Shown: positions 10,492 to 19,127, counted from the first letter of the stretch. The stretch: DNA of 64,000 nt from an uncultured Verrucomicrobiae bacterium (GCA_963788655.1 CAWBHS010000022.1:1-64000); one strand, 5' to 3'. Numbers and translations are program-made. Notes: generated from the sequence alone by a model not told the origin.

Positions 10492-10710
10492 ATGATTCAG
10501 GCGGCTGACATTGAGCAAATGAGCCTTGAAGAACGGCTTCGGGTAATGGAACTGCTGTGGACCTCGTTGTCGCGCACGCCGGAAGTGGTGTCGTCTCCGG
10601 AATGGCACCGAGAAGTTCTTGAAGATCGCCTGGCCAATATTGAACGTGGCGAAGGAGAATTTTTGACCGTCAGCCAGTTGAAAGATCGCTTGCAAAAACC
10701 GACGCCATGA
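10492..10710 (+). CDS. Putative addiction-module antitoxin (TIGR02574-like)
   Basis: MSLEERLRVMELLWTSL....SPEWHREVLEDRL...ERGE. Confidence 0.85.
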   Translation: MIQAADIEQMSLEERLRVMELLWTSLSRTPEVVSSPEWHREVLEDRLANIERGEGEFLTVSQLKDRLQKPTP

Positions 10711-11010
10711 GACCCGTGGTCGTTTTGGCGTAGGCAGCCAAGGATCTTGAGGCGGCGCGAAGATTTTATGACGCCCAGGAAGTCGGAGTCGGCAATTACT
10801 GTGTCAGCTCGCTTCTGGCGGACATCGAAAGCCTTGGACTTGTATCATAGAATTCACCTGCGCATGTATGGTTGCTTTCGAATGCTGGCCGGCCGGTTTC
10901 CATTCGGGATCTATTACATGGAGGCAGAACAGGAGACCCGTGTGGTCGCCGTGCTCGATCTGCAGCGGGATCCAAATTGGATTCGGCGACAAGTGGAACT
11001 CAGGAAATAA
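10707..11010 (+). pseudogene. RelE/ParE-family toxin, disrupted (in-frame TAG at 10731, frameshift near 10842)
   Basis: MRPVVVLA*AAKDLEAARRFYDAQEVGVG...LLADIESL/(fs)...RMLAGRFPFGIYY...VVAVLDLQRDPNWI, overlapping the antitoxin stop. Confidence 0.8.
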
Positions 11011-11150
11011 TTCGATGAAGGCTTTTTGCCCTTGTGGTTGGAGGAGGAAAAGCATGACGCCCGGATGACTTGCGTCGAAAGACAACCGGTAAGCCTCACA
11101 GTTTTGTTGACGTTACAACCGAGTCCTTTCGCGAGTCAGACTTCATCGGC

Positions 11151-12341
11151 TCAAATCTCGATCCGCCACCGCGCCTGGCGCAAGACCGCATGGGAAGAAT
11201 CCTTCATTGACTCATACCAGACCGTCAGCAGGGTGCCGTCATCCAATTCCACCGTGCTCGGGTAGCCGAGATCGCCGGAAGCGCCGTCGCCGGAAATGAT
11301 CAGCGGCGCTGACCAGGTGCGTCCCTGATTGGCGCTGACGCGGGCCTGGTTGCCTAGCGGCGGGCGCCGGTGGCCGTAGGTCATCAACAAATGATGGTTC
11401 CGCAGCCGCAACAAATGCGAGGGTAATCCCCACACGCCAATCGTTCGTGGCACGGACCAGGTCCGTCCGCCGTCCGCCGATTCGGTTTGCAAGGTTTCGC
11501 CTGAATTGGCCTGGTTGTGATTACGGATTTGGACGATCAAGCGACCGTCGTGGGTTTCGACGCCGTGGAGTTCATGGTAATTGGCGACGGTATCGTTCGG
11601 CCGCGGGGGGATGTCAGTCAGCCATTTCCAGGTTATCCCATCGTCCCGCGACTCGCAAACGCCCACCCGCCGTGCGCCCGTCCACAATTCCTTGCCGGCA
11701 TACAGGAGCCGTCCATCGGCCAATTGAAATGGGCCGTGCGGACTGTTGACGATGCTGGGGTAGCGCGCGGACCAGGTCACCCCGCCGTCCGTGGAACGAA
11801 GCATCCATTGGCCAAGTTCGGCCTGGCGCTGAGCGTCGCTAAGCCGGTCGTGCGCGAGTTGCCAACGTTCCATTTTCTCCGCCGGCCACGCTCCCGGCTC
11901 ACCGGGTTTCTTCTTTGCCGCCACCGCCAACGAACGTTCGTAAGCCAGCGAAGTAAAGGTCGTAACCAGCAATGTGCCCCGGGCCGTTTCCAGCACGCCG
12001 GCGTCGCGGTCATCAATCGCGCTGTCCAACAACACCTGCGGCCAATCCCAGGTCTGGCCGTTATTGGTGGAAAGCATCAGCTCGACCCGGCCGAAGGGAC
12101 ACACATGCGTCTCGCGCCCACCGGAGCAGACCACGACCAGTTGTCCGTTGGCCCGGCGTGCCACCGTCGGCCAGCCATGATAGTATTGGAGCTCGTGACT
12201 GATCACTTTGGTCTCAAGGACTCGAATCGTCGGAGCAGTCTGGGCGCGTGCTCGGATGTGGGTCCAAGTTGCTCCAGCGGCCAAACCAAGATGGCCGAGG
12301 AAGCGGCGACGGCTGAGAAACAGGCGCGTGCAGGTTTTCAT
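11151..12341 (-). CDS. Tat-exported sialidase-family (BNR/Asp-box) protein
   Basis: SRRRFLG twin-arginine signal, Asp-boxes STNNGQTW, STDGGVTW, SRDDGITW, SADGGRTW, and DLGYPSTVEL. Confidence 0.88.
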   Translation of the reverse strand: MKTCTRLFLSRRRFLGHLGLAAGATWTHIRARAQTAPTIRVLETKVISHELQYYHGWPTVARRANGQLVVVCSGGRETHVCPFGRVELMLSTNNGQTWDWPQVLLDSAIDDRDAGVLETARGTLLVTTFTSLAYERSLAVAAKKKPGEPGAWPAEKMERWQLAHDRLSDAQRQAELGQWMLRSTDGGVTWSARYPSIVNSPHGPFQLADGRLLYAGKELWTGARRVGVCESRDDGITWKWLTDIPPRPNDTVANYHELHGVETHDGRLIVQIRNHNQANSGETLQTESADGGRTWSVPRTIGVWGLPSHLLRLRNHHLLMTYGHRRPPLGNQARVSANQGRTWSAPLIISGDGASGDLGYPSTVELDDGTLLTVWYESMKDSSHAVLRQARWRIEI

Positions 12342-12422
12342 GACTTTGTGCTAAGCCGGGAAACGCCTCAATTCAACTACGAAAACTTCAATGAGACCGT
12401 GCCCCCACGATCTTAAGATCAG

Positions 12423-13445
12423 GGGTCAGTCCTCACTTTTGACACTCAAGTCTTCATCCTTTTGGCGGACTATTCCGATCGCAGCAGATTCGACACGTGC
12501 GTCCACACCCCCATCTGCAGGCGCCGCGCGATCCAAGCCAGCGTCATGGTCGTCTCCTGCCGCAACCGCCGGGCGATGCGCACCTTGCCGGGATCGCCCT
12601 TGCGCCGCTGCCCCAGGTCCTCCTCCGTCCAACGCCGTTTTGCCAACTCCGCCCGCACCAACCGCTCCGCCTTCGCTTCGCCACTCTCCCGCCGTTCCGC
12701 CCCGTAATGCTGCGCTCCCACCCGTTCCGAGGCGTGGGCCAACAACTCCTCTTTCAACGTGTCCGCTCCGAAAAACCACCCCCGCCGGATCGTCGCCCAC
12801 TCCTCGCCCCCATCCTCCGGTTGCCGCTGCGTCTCCATCTGCCGCTCGAACTCCCGCCGCCCCGCCGCACTGTCCTTGGGCAACCGCATCTCCCCGAACA
12901 ACCGCTCCACCCGCAGCCACGGCCAGCGTCGCGCCGGCGGCTTCAGATACTCCGGGAAACTGCTCCACGCGTACTCCCGCAGCGCTTGCTCCGGCGCCAG
13001 CAACTTCGCCCGTACCGGATTCAGATGCACATACTCGCAGACCGTGCGGAAGTAGCCCGGCGACGCTGCATCCACCACCACCGCCTTGTAACGCCCGCTG
13101 AACAGGTGCCCGAACAACTTGTGCCGCCGGTTGAACCGCGCCGTGTAGGTGCCGATAAACCACTTCATACCCGCGACCAAGTTCCCCTTGGGCGTCTCGA
13201 CCAGCAGATGAAAATGATTCCCCATCAGGCACAGGGCGTGAACCTGCCAATCGGTCTTGGTGCAAGCCTCGCCCAGCGTCTCGAGGAACCGGTTCCGATC
13301 CGCGTCATCCCGGAAGATGGGTTCACGTCGATCCCCACGATTCAGGACGTGGTAAAACGCCCCTTCGTATTCAATGCGTAACGGTCGTGGCATGGCGGGA
13401 AACTGCCAGAAAACAAGCTGCTGTGTCAATAGTGAGGACCGACCC
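12423..13445 (-). mobile_element. HUH (RAYT-like Y1) transposase element bounded by 23-bp inverted repeats
   Basis: GGGTCAGTCCTCACTTTTGACAC (12423-12445) vs rc of 13423-13445 GGGTCGGTCCTCACTATTGACAC, 21/23 identical. No target duplication seen. Confidence 0.8.
12470..13393 (-). CDS. REP-associated tyrosine (Y1/HUH) transposase
   Basis: MPRPLRIEYEGAFYHVLNRG, LMGNHFHLLVETP (HUH), GHLFSGRYKA, YVHLNPVRA, YAWSS, C-terminal HTH-like region. Confidence 0.92.
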   Translation of the reverse strand: MPRPLRIEYEGAFYHVLNRGDRREPIFRDDADRNRFLETLGEACTKTDWQVHALCLMGNHFHLLVETPKGNLVAGMKWFIGTYTARFNRRHKLFGHLFSGRYKAVVVDAASPGYFRTVCEYVHLNPVRAKLLAPEQALREYAWSSFPEYLKPPARRWPWLRVERLFGEMRLPKDSAAGRREFERQMETQRQPEDGGEEWATIRRGWFFGADTLKEELLAHASERVGAQHYGAERRESGEAKAERLVRAELAKRRWTEEDLGQRRKGDPGKVRIARRLRQETTMTLAWIARRLQMGVWTHVSNLLRSE

Positions 13446-13557
13446 GTTTGTTCTGCCGCGGAGTTCCATCCCGATGCCATCGCCAGACTGGCGGGTGAAC
13501 TCGGCGACCTATCTCTTGGTTGACAATCGCGGGGCAAATCACTGCAATTGCCGGGAT

Positions 13558-15282
13558 ATGTTGTTACCCCGCGAAGACGCTGAACTGGTATTGAAGTTGC
13601 ACTGCGCTTTGATGGAATTCGTTAACAAGCAGCTCAACATTGTCGGAGTTTCCGAAACCGCGGCTCCGTATGCCACGTTTCGGCCCGACCAACGGCAACA
13701 GGTGGTGCAGGCGTTTGTCGGCCGGCTTGATTTGATCGACGAGTTCATTCTGGCCAACCCCGCGCAACTGTCGGAGGGCGAATTGGAAATCGTGTCGGGC
13801 TGGCATCATCTGGTGTCCGGCCGGTTCATCGCCCTGCGGCAGCTCCCAAAACATTTCATCCTCCTCCGTGGCGACGGGCCGCCCACGGCTTACGGCGTCG
13901 TGGGATTGAGCGAGCCGATAGAAGCGGTGATCCGAAAAACTTTGCCGGCAGTGATCGAGACGGTGTTGCTGCCGTTTCGGGGCCAAATCATCTACGATGG
14001 GATCGTCGCCGGATTTGAGGTTACGGTCGATGCCGACTCCCAACGCGAATTCAATCAGGCTTTCCGAGCGGCCAAGGCCAGCCAGCGGTTCTTAACCGCG
14101 TTACCCGAGGCTCCCGTTGGCAGACGTGGCCGCGAGCGTTCTGCAAAGCCCAAGCCGGCTCCGAAGCCGCGGGCCAGCGGCGCAGACATCCGCCACGTTC
14201 TAACCCAAATCGTCGGTATGACGGATGCCTTCTGTCAGGCTCACCTCAGCGAGGAATACACGGCGCTGTGTCGAAAGTTGGCCGAGAAGCTGGCGGCGAG
14301 GCGGCCTTCCCCCTTGCTCCGCGGCAAACGGGAGACCTGGGCGTGTGGCATCATCCGCACCATTGGTTGGGTGAACTTTCTCGACGACCGTTCCCAGTCG
14401 CCGCACCTGAAACTGCCGGCGATTGACCGGGCTTTGGGCGTGGCCGAGAGCACCGGCCAGGGCAAGGCCAAGGCGATCCGTCAGATGTTGAAGATTCACC
14501 AATTCGATCACCGCTGGGTCCGCCCCAGCCAGTGGGAGAGCAACCCGCTGATTTGGACCCTCCAGGACGCGCGTGGGTTTATGATCGATATCCGCCAACA
14601 GCCTTTGGAAATGCAGCGCGCGGCGTTCAAGCAGGGACTTATTCCGTCTGTCCCGGCCGATCGCGAGGCGGCGGTGGTGCAGGAGCAAATCGCCAAATCA
14701 TCCTCACGCCGTTTGTTCCAGTTCAAAGTCACGCTGCGCGGAACCGACCCGGTGGTCTGGCGACGCATTCAGGTCTGGGACGATACGCTGGACAAGCTGC
14801 ACGAACACCTGCAAGCGGCCATGGGCTGGACCAATTCGCACTTGCACCAATTCTTCATACAGGGCCGGCGCTGTGGCGATCCGGAACTGCTGGATGACGG
14901 TTTTGAGCCGTTTACCGCCCTGGATTCAACCAAGACCCTCCTGAGCGCAGTGTTGCCGGCAGATGGCGCGCCGCTCTCCTTCGAATATCACTACGACTTT
15001 GGTGACAGTTGGGAGCATGACGTGCTCTTTGAAGGTTCGCCACCACCGCAACCGGAAGTGGACTATCCTCAATGCTTGGAAGGGGAGCGCGCCTGTCCAC
15101 CCGAGGACGTGGGCGGAATTTCCGGTTACGCCGAGTATCTCGAAGCGATCACGGATTTGACTCACGAGCGGCATCAAGAACTGCTCGATTGGAGTGGCCC
15201 GTACAACCCGAACGCGTTCAGCCCACGCCGGACCACCCACGTCATGCAAGAAGGTCTGCCGGAATGGCGGAAGATGGTCTGA
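13558..15282 (+). CDS. Multidomain protein: unknown N-terminus + DUF6398-like + plasmid pRiA4b ORF-3 domain
   Basis: TDAFCQAHLSEEY..LCRKL...L..RRPSPLLRG...TWACGI (DUF6398-like). FKVTLRGTDPVVWRRIQV..DTLDKLHEHLQAAMGWTNSHLHQF, YHYDFGDSWEH, GERACPPEDVGG (pRiA4b ORF3). Confidence 0.8.
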   Translation: MLLPREDAELVLKLHCALMEFVNKQLNIVGVSETAAPYATFRPDQRQQVVQAFVGRLDLIDEFILANPAQLSEGELEIVSGWHHLVSGRFIALRQLPKHFILLRGDGPPTAYGVVGLSEPIEAVIRKTLPAVIETVLLPFRGQIIYDGIVAGFEVTVDADSQREFNQAFRAAKASQRFLTALPEAPVGRRGRERSAKPKPAPKPRASGADIRHVLTQIVGMTDAFCQAHLSEEYTALCRKLAEKLAARRPSPLLRGKRETWACGIIRTIGWVNFLDDRSQSPHLKLPAIDRALGVAESTGQGKAKAIRQMLKIHQFDHRWVRPSQWESNPLIWTLQDARGFMIDIRQQPLEMQRAAFKQGLIPSVPADREAAVVQEQIAKSSSRRLFQFKVTLRGTDPVVWRRIQVWDDTLDKLHEHLQAAMGWTNSHLHQFFIQGRRCGDPELLDDGFEPFTALDSTKTLLSAVLPADGAPLSFEYHYDFGDSWEHDVLFEGSPPPQPEVDYPQCLEGERACPPEDVGGISGYAEYLEAITDLTHERHQELLDWSGPYNPNAFSPRRTTHVMQEGLPEWRKMV

Positions 15283-15372
15283 GCGCATCCATGGCCAGGA
15301 AATGAGCGCAGTCATTCAATTCTCGATGCCGTTCTTGTGTGCCTGCGAATATGGTCGAAAATCCACCACTAA

Positions 15373-15391
15373 ATGGTTGAATTTCAACCAT
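15373..15391. promoter_or_regulatory. Perfect 9-1-9 palindrome overlapping the ATPase start (putative operator)
   Basis: ATGGTTGAA-T-TTCAACCAT. Confidence 0.4.
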
Positions 15392-15731
15392 GAAACGGCG
15401 GCATTTGACTTCATTGGTTCAGGCAGCCCTAAGAGATACACCCGTGGTATTTATCCAGGGACCACGCCAATCCGGCAAAACCACCCTCGTCCGCAGCCTG
15501 ACCGCGGCGGGACATCCAGCCGAGTACGTTAACTTCGACGATGCGGTCGTGCTCGCCGCGGCGCAATCGGACCCGGACGGATTCGTGGACGGTCTTCCCG
15601 AACGGAGCATCCTGGATGAAGTGCAACGGGTGCCGGACCTGTTCCGCTTGATCAAACGCAGCGTGGATCGGGATCGTCGGCCGGGACGATTCCTACTGAC
15701 CGGTTCGGCCAATGCTCTGTTGTTGCCCAGG
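15390..15731 (+). pseudogene. AAA+ ATPase (AAA_14/DUF4143 type), 3'-truncated
   Basis: PVVFIQGPRQSGKTTL (Walker A), ILDEVQRVPDL (Walker B), GRFLLTGSA. Homology ends abruptly where the integrase fragment abuts. Confidence 0.85.
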
Positions 15732-16495
15732 GAAACTGCCGCGCGCGACAGATAATTCTTCTTGAGTTCGCCGGCGCTGGTTCCGCCTTCTTCCGCCACC
15801 TTGTCCGGATCACCAACGATCGCCAGCCGATACGTGAAACAGCTGTTTCGGAAGGCATTCCTTCGATAGGGAACTCCGGCTTTTTGGCAGACCCTTTGCC
15901 AGGCATGATACAGGGAATTGGCAAGATTCCAATGAGCTGCAACTCGATTGCGCTTGATTTCATCGGGATGAGCCGCCAGACGGTTCTTGAGGTTGGGCAG
16001 GATCGGCACCCGGCGCGCATCGACCTTGCCGATGGCATCGGGAACACGGATTAGGTTCTCCGGTTCGCAAACTATCACCCACCACAGCCGCACCATTTCC
16101 TCGGTGCGCACGCCCGAGAACGCTTTGATTTCCATGGTGGGCAGCACCGCCGGTTCAAATTGCTTCGCGGCCACCTGGAGGCGGGACATTTCTTCCGGCA
16201 GATAAATGTCGTCCGGCTGAAGGAGTTCCTTGGCCTGTTCCTCGGACTCGATCTTTTGACACGCATCGCGAAAATCGGGCGTCAGGGAGGCGGCGTGCGG
16301 GATGCCCTGAGGGAGATACCCCTTTTCCTGGGCGAAGTTGAAATACCCAGTGATGCCGTCGCGCATATTGTTCTTGCTCCGGGCTTTGCCCTTGAGCTTC
16401 CCGAGGTAGGCATCGATGTCGGGAGTCTGGATCGGGCTGATAAAATTTGGATGCGCCACAATGAAGGGCCCGACATAGCGTTTGGTGTCGCGCAT
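15732..16495 (-). pseudogene. Tyrosine recombinase/phage integrase, truncated at both ends
   Basis: FSGVRTEEMVRL (box I Arg), GKVDARRVPI, NAFRNSCFTYRLA (box II), GTS...LKKNY (catalytic Tyr). Lies 120 bp from the tRNA-Gly 3' end. Confidence 0.8.
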
Positions 16496-16615
16496 GACCG
16501 TGAATCCAATTGGAGTTTGATCCGAGCGAAGGGAAAAGTTGTCCAGAATTTGTCAGGAAAATCCCCAAAGCAACCCTGTGGTCGTTGCAAGTGGTTAGGG
16601 GAGAGGTTGGCAAAT

Positions 16616-16692
16616 TGGAGCGAGCGAAGGGATTCGAACCCTCGACATCAACCTTGGCAAGGTTGCGCTCTACCAGACTGAGCTACGCTCGC
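16616..16692 (-). tRNA. tRNA-Gly (anticodon GCC)
   Basis: GCGAGCGTAGCTCAGTCTGGTAGAGCGCAACCTTGCCAAGGTTGATGTCGAGGGTTCGAATCCCTTCGCTCGCTCCA: cloverleaf with encoded CCA. Confidence 0.97.
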
Positions 16693-16767
16693 TTCCGTTA
16701 ACCGGGAAAAAAACTAGAGCATTGCCCGGCAATTGCAAGCCCTGTTTTTGGTGAATTCGCTCCCCCG

Positions 16768-18243
16768 CGTTGACTCAAATTAAAAGACACCGGGGGCGAA
16801 AATCTGGGGGGAGGCAAAAGGGGTCGTTGACTCATGGAAAAAAGACACCGGAAATCCGGTACGAATGAACATGAGTCAAGCGCTGAAAACAAATTGGTTG
16901 CCCAAGCAACAGGCCCGGTATGCTCGACGCGATCGCGAGGGCAAAAGTCGGATGCTCGATGAGCTGTGCGAAGACCACGGTTACGCGCGCAAGTATGCCA
17001 TCAAATTGCTGCGGGGTTCCTTGCCCCGACCGACCGGCAATCCCCACCCCGGCCCGGAGCCGCAGTATGAACTCATTGAGCCGATCGTCCGGAAGATCTG
17101 GGGAGAGGCCGAGCAACCCTGCGGCAAGCGCCTGGTGCCCATCCTGGAGCAATGGCTGCCCTTCTATGAGCGGCGCTTTGGCGGGGTGAGCCGTCGGCAA
17201 CGCCAACTGCTGCGTCAGGTCAGTGCGGCGACGCTGGATCGGCTCCTGAGTCGAGCGCGGACCCAGGTTCTGGGACGCGGCCGGTGCGGCACCAAACCGG
17301 GCAGTCGGCTGAAAACTCGAATCCCGATTCGGACCGGCACTTGGGACTTAACACAGCCGGGTTATCTGGAGGCCGATAGCGTGGCGCACTGCGGCGCCAG
17401 CCTGGCCGGCGATTTCATCTGGAGCCTGACCTACACCGACATTTTCAGCGGCTGGACCGAAGGTCGCGCGGTCTGGAACAAAGGCGCCACGGGCGTGCTG
17501 GCGGCCACGCAGGACGTTGAAAGCGCTCTGCCCTTCGCGCTCTTGGGCTTTGATTGCGACAACGGCAGTGAGTTTCTTAACCACCACTTGTGGGGCTATT
17601 TGGCCCACCGCAAAATCCCCGTGCAATTCACGCGCTCGCGTCCCTATCACAAAGATGATCAATCGCACGTGGAACAGAAAAACTGGAGGTGGCCGCGCCA
17701 GCTTTTGGGTTATTGCCGGTTGGAGGATGTGAGGTTGGTTTCGCAGATTTGCATGGTCTATAAAACGGTCTGGGGTCCCCTGCACAACTTCTTTTTGCCC
17801 TGCTTGAAACTGGAGCAAAAATGGCGCGAAGGCAGTCATTGGCGCAAGCGCTACGAACCGCCCCGGACCGCCTACACGCGACTGTGTGCCCCTGGGGTGT
17901 TGGGCCGTAAAGCGCGCGGCCAGTTACGGGAGCACTACGCCAGTCTGGACCCCTTCGAATTGAAGGACCAATTGGAGCGTCAATTGAAACAAATTCTGAC
18001 TCCCCAACCGACCTGATTGGCCCTGGTGAATATCTTTTGTCCTCCCCCCCGGCCCCCCTCCCTGAACGTCCTTCCTGGGCGACCGCAGGGGGGCGCGAGC
18101 TGGGGGCTCGCAGCCCGCCCCCCTGCTCGATTTAACTTGCTATCGATACCGCAAAAACATATCAACCAAAACAAACCGAAACATGAGTCCGCCAAGCCCT
18201 GCTTACTCAGAACCCTTCGGTGTCTTTTTTCCATGAGTCAACG
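16768..18243 (+). mobile_element. Single-ORF DDE insertion sequence (unclassified/ISNCY-like) with perfect 26-bp IR and an extra left-end copy
   Basis: CGTTGACTCATGGAAAAAAGACACCG (16825-16850) is the exact rc of 18218-18243. A variant copy CGTTGACTCAAATTAAAAGACACCG lies at 16768-16792. True left end is 16768 or 16825. Confidence 0.85.
16865..18016 (+). CDS. DDE-type (rve/integrase core) transposase
   Basis: PGYLEADSVAHCG, TYTDIFSGWTE, GFDCDNGSEFLN, FTRSRPYHKDDQSHVEQKN. Confidence 0.9.
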   Translation: MNMSQALKTNWLPKQQARYARRDREGKSRMLDELCEDHGYARKYAIKLLRGSLPRPTGNPHPGPEPQYELIEPIVRKIWGEAEQPCGKRLVPILEQWLPFYERRFGGVSRRQRQLLRQVSAATLDRLLSRARTQVLGRGRCGTKPGSRLKTRIPIRTGTWDLTQPGYLEADSVAHCGASLAGDFIWSLTYTDIFSGWTEGRAVWNKGATGVLAATQDVESALPFALLGFDCDNGSEFLNHHLWGYLAHRKIPVQFTRSRPYHKDDQSHVEQKNWRWPRQLLGYCRLEDVRLVSQICMVYKTVWGPLHNFFLPCLKLEQKWREGSHWRKRYEPPRTAYTRLCAPGVLGRKARGQLREHYASLDPFELKDQLERQLKQILTPQPT

Positions 18244-18275
18244 GGCCCCTCCGGCCACCCGTCGCCACCTTCACA

Positions 18276-18809
18276 TCAGGGCTGTTTTTGCAGCGCTGGT
18301 AATGGTGGCGGAGATTGCTCGGTGGTATCCCGCCGTCGGGTCTCCGGCACAGTTCCAGGAACCACGTCGCGGCGGCGGATGGTATTTTGATCCTTGCCGT
18401 CTGGCCGGTTTCGAGGACGATTCCGCTCCCAGGAACGATTGTGGCCTGGACGGAATCGCTTCAGTAGTTCCTCGAACTTCTTTTTTTGGTCGGAGGAAAG
18501 TTCATTTTCAATCGCTTGATGAACGGCCACCAGTTCGTCATTCAACTCAGGCCCAATGATATCGATCAAAATGCGGATGCGTTCCCGGCTGTCGGCAAAG
18601 GTCTTGTCCAGTTTGGCAACTTGTTCCGGAGTCAAATCCAAAGTTTTTCGCAGGCGCTCCAGATAGTATTTTTGGATGTAGGGCGGTCCTTTGAGGAAGG
18701 TTTCTACCGGGATAGTTTTACGTGTGGTTTTCTTAATCCACACGGCCCCGGTCACCAACCCAGCCGCGAAGATAACGAAGGTGGCCAGAATGACTTTCCA
18801 AGGTTTCAC
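18276..18809 (-). CDS. Membrane-anchored periplasmic helical protein (Spy/CpxP-like), last gene of the ECF operon
   Basis: N-terminal TM WKVILATFVIFAAGLVTG, LDLTPEQ and LSSDQKKKFEE motifs. Confidence 0.6.
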   Translation of the reverse strand: MKPWKVILATFVIFAAGLVTGAVWIKKTTRKTIPVETFLKGPPYIQKYYLERLRKTLDLTPEQVAKLDKTFADSRERIRILIDIIGPELNDELVAVHQAIENELSSDQKKKFEELLKRFRPGHNRSWERNRPRNRPDGKDQNTIRRRDVVPGTVPETRRRDTTEQSPPPLPALQKQP

Positions 18810-19111
18810 TCGGAGTAATCCACCTGGGAGGCTTGCGCAAAGACGGCAGTTTGGAATTCCTGAACAAAGTCAGCCGAAGCGTTGTTGGATTGAACAGGCC
18901 AAATCCACCATACTCCGCTGAGCACCATGATTCCCGTACATAGCAATGCACCGCGCCAGAGTGCGCGACCCCATAAGGTCCAGGGATCCAAGAACGCAAC
19001 TCCTTGCAGGCGCGCCATGATACGTTTTTCGAACGCATACGGCACCTGGTCGCTGGGCGGGTTTAGCCGGCCGGCCGCCAGCAGTTTTTTGAGTAGTTTG
19101 TCCAAGTTCAT
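18806..19111 (-). CDS. Putative single-pass anti-sigma factor
   Basis: Small protein directly after the ECF sigma, VPYAFEKRIMARL followed by a TM helix. Confidence 0.6.
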   Translation of the reverse strand: MNLDKLLKKLLAAGRLNPPSDQVPYAFEKRIMARLQGVAFLDPWTLWGRALWRGALLCTGIMVLSGVWWIWPVQSNNASADFVQEFQTAVFAQASQVDYSE

Positions 19112-19127
19112 AGCTACCGACGTTTTT

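Noticed and set aside
10731..10733. In-frame TAG in the ParE toxin as programmed recoding
   Set aside because: The gene also has a frameshift, and TAG serves as a normal stop elsewhere in the window (e.g. 22420, 37952, 62480).
5290..11150. Integron cassette array explaining the TA modules
   Set aside because: No repeated attC-like sites between genes, mixed orientations, and the nearby integrase is a truncated phage-type enzyme.
15419..15731. C-terminal ~100 aa of the 358-aa integrase ORF in the ORF track
   Set aside because: Read-through into the antisense strand of the ATPase fragment after a deletion junction, not integrase sequence.
16505..16515. AATTGGAG as an att duplicate of the tRNA-Gly 3' end
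   Set aside because: Only 8 bp, mostly outside the tRNA, and expected by chance.
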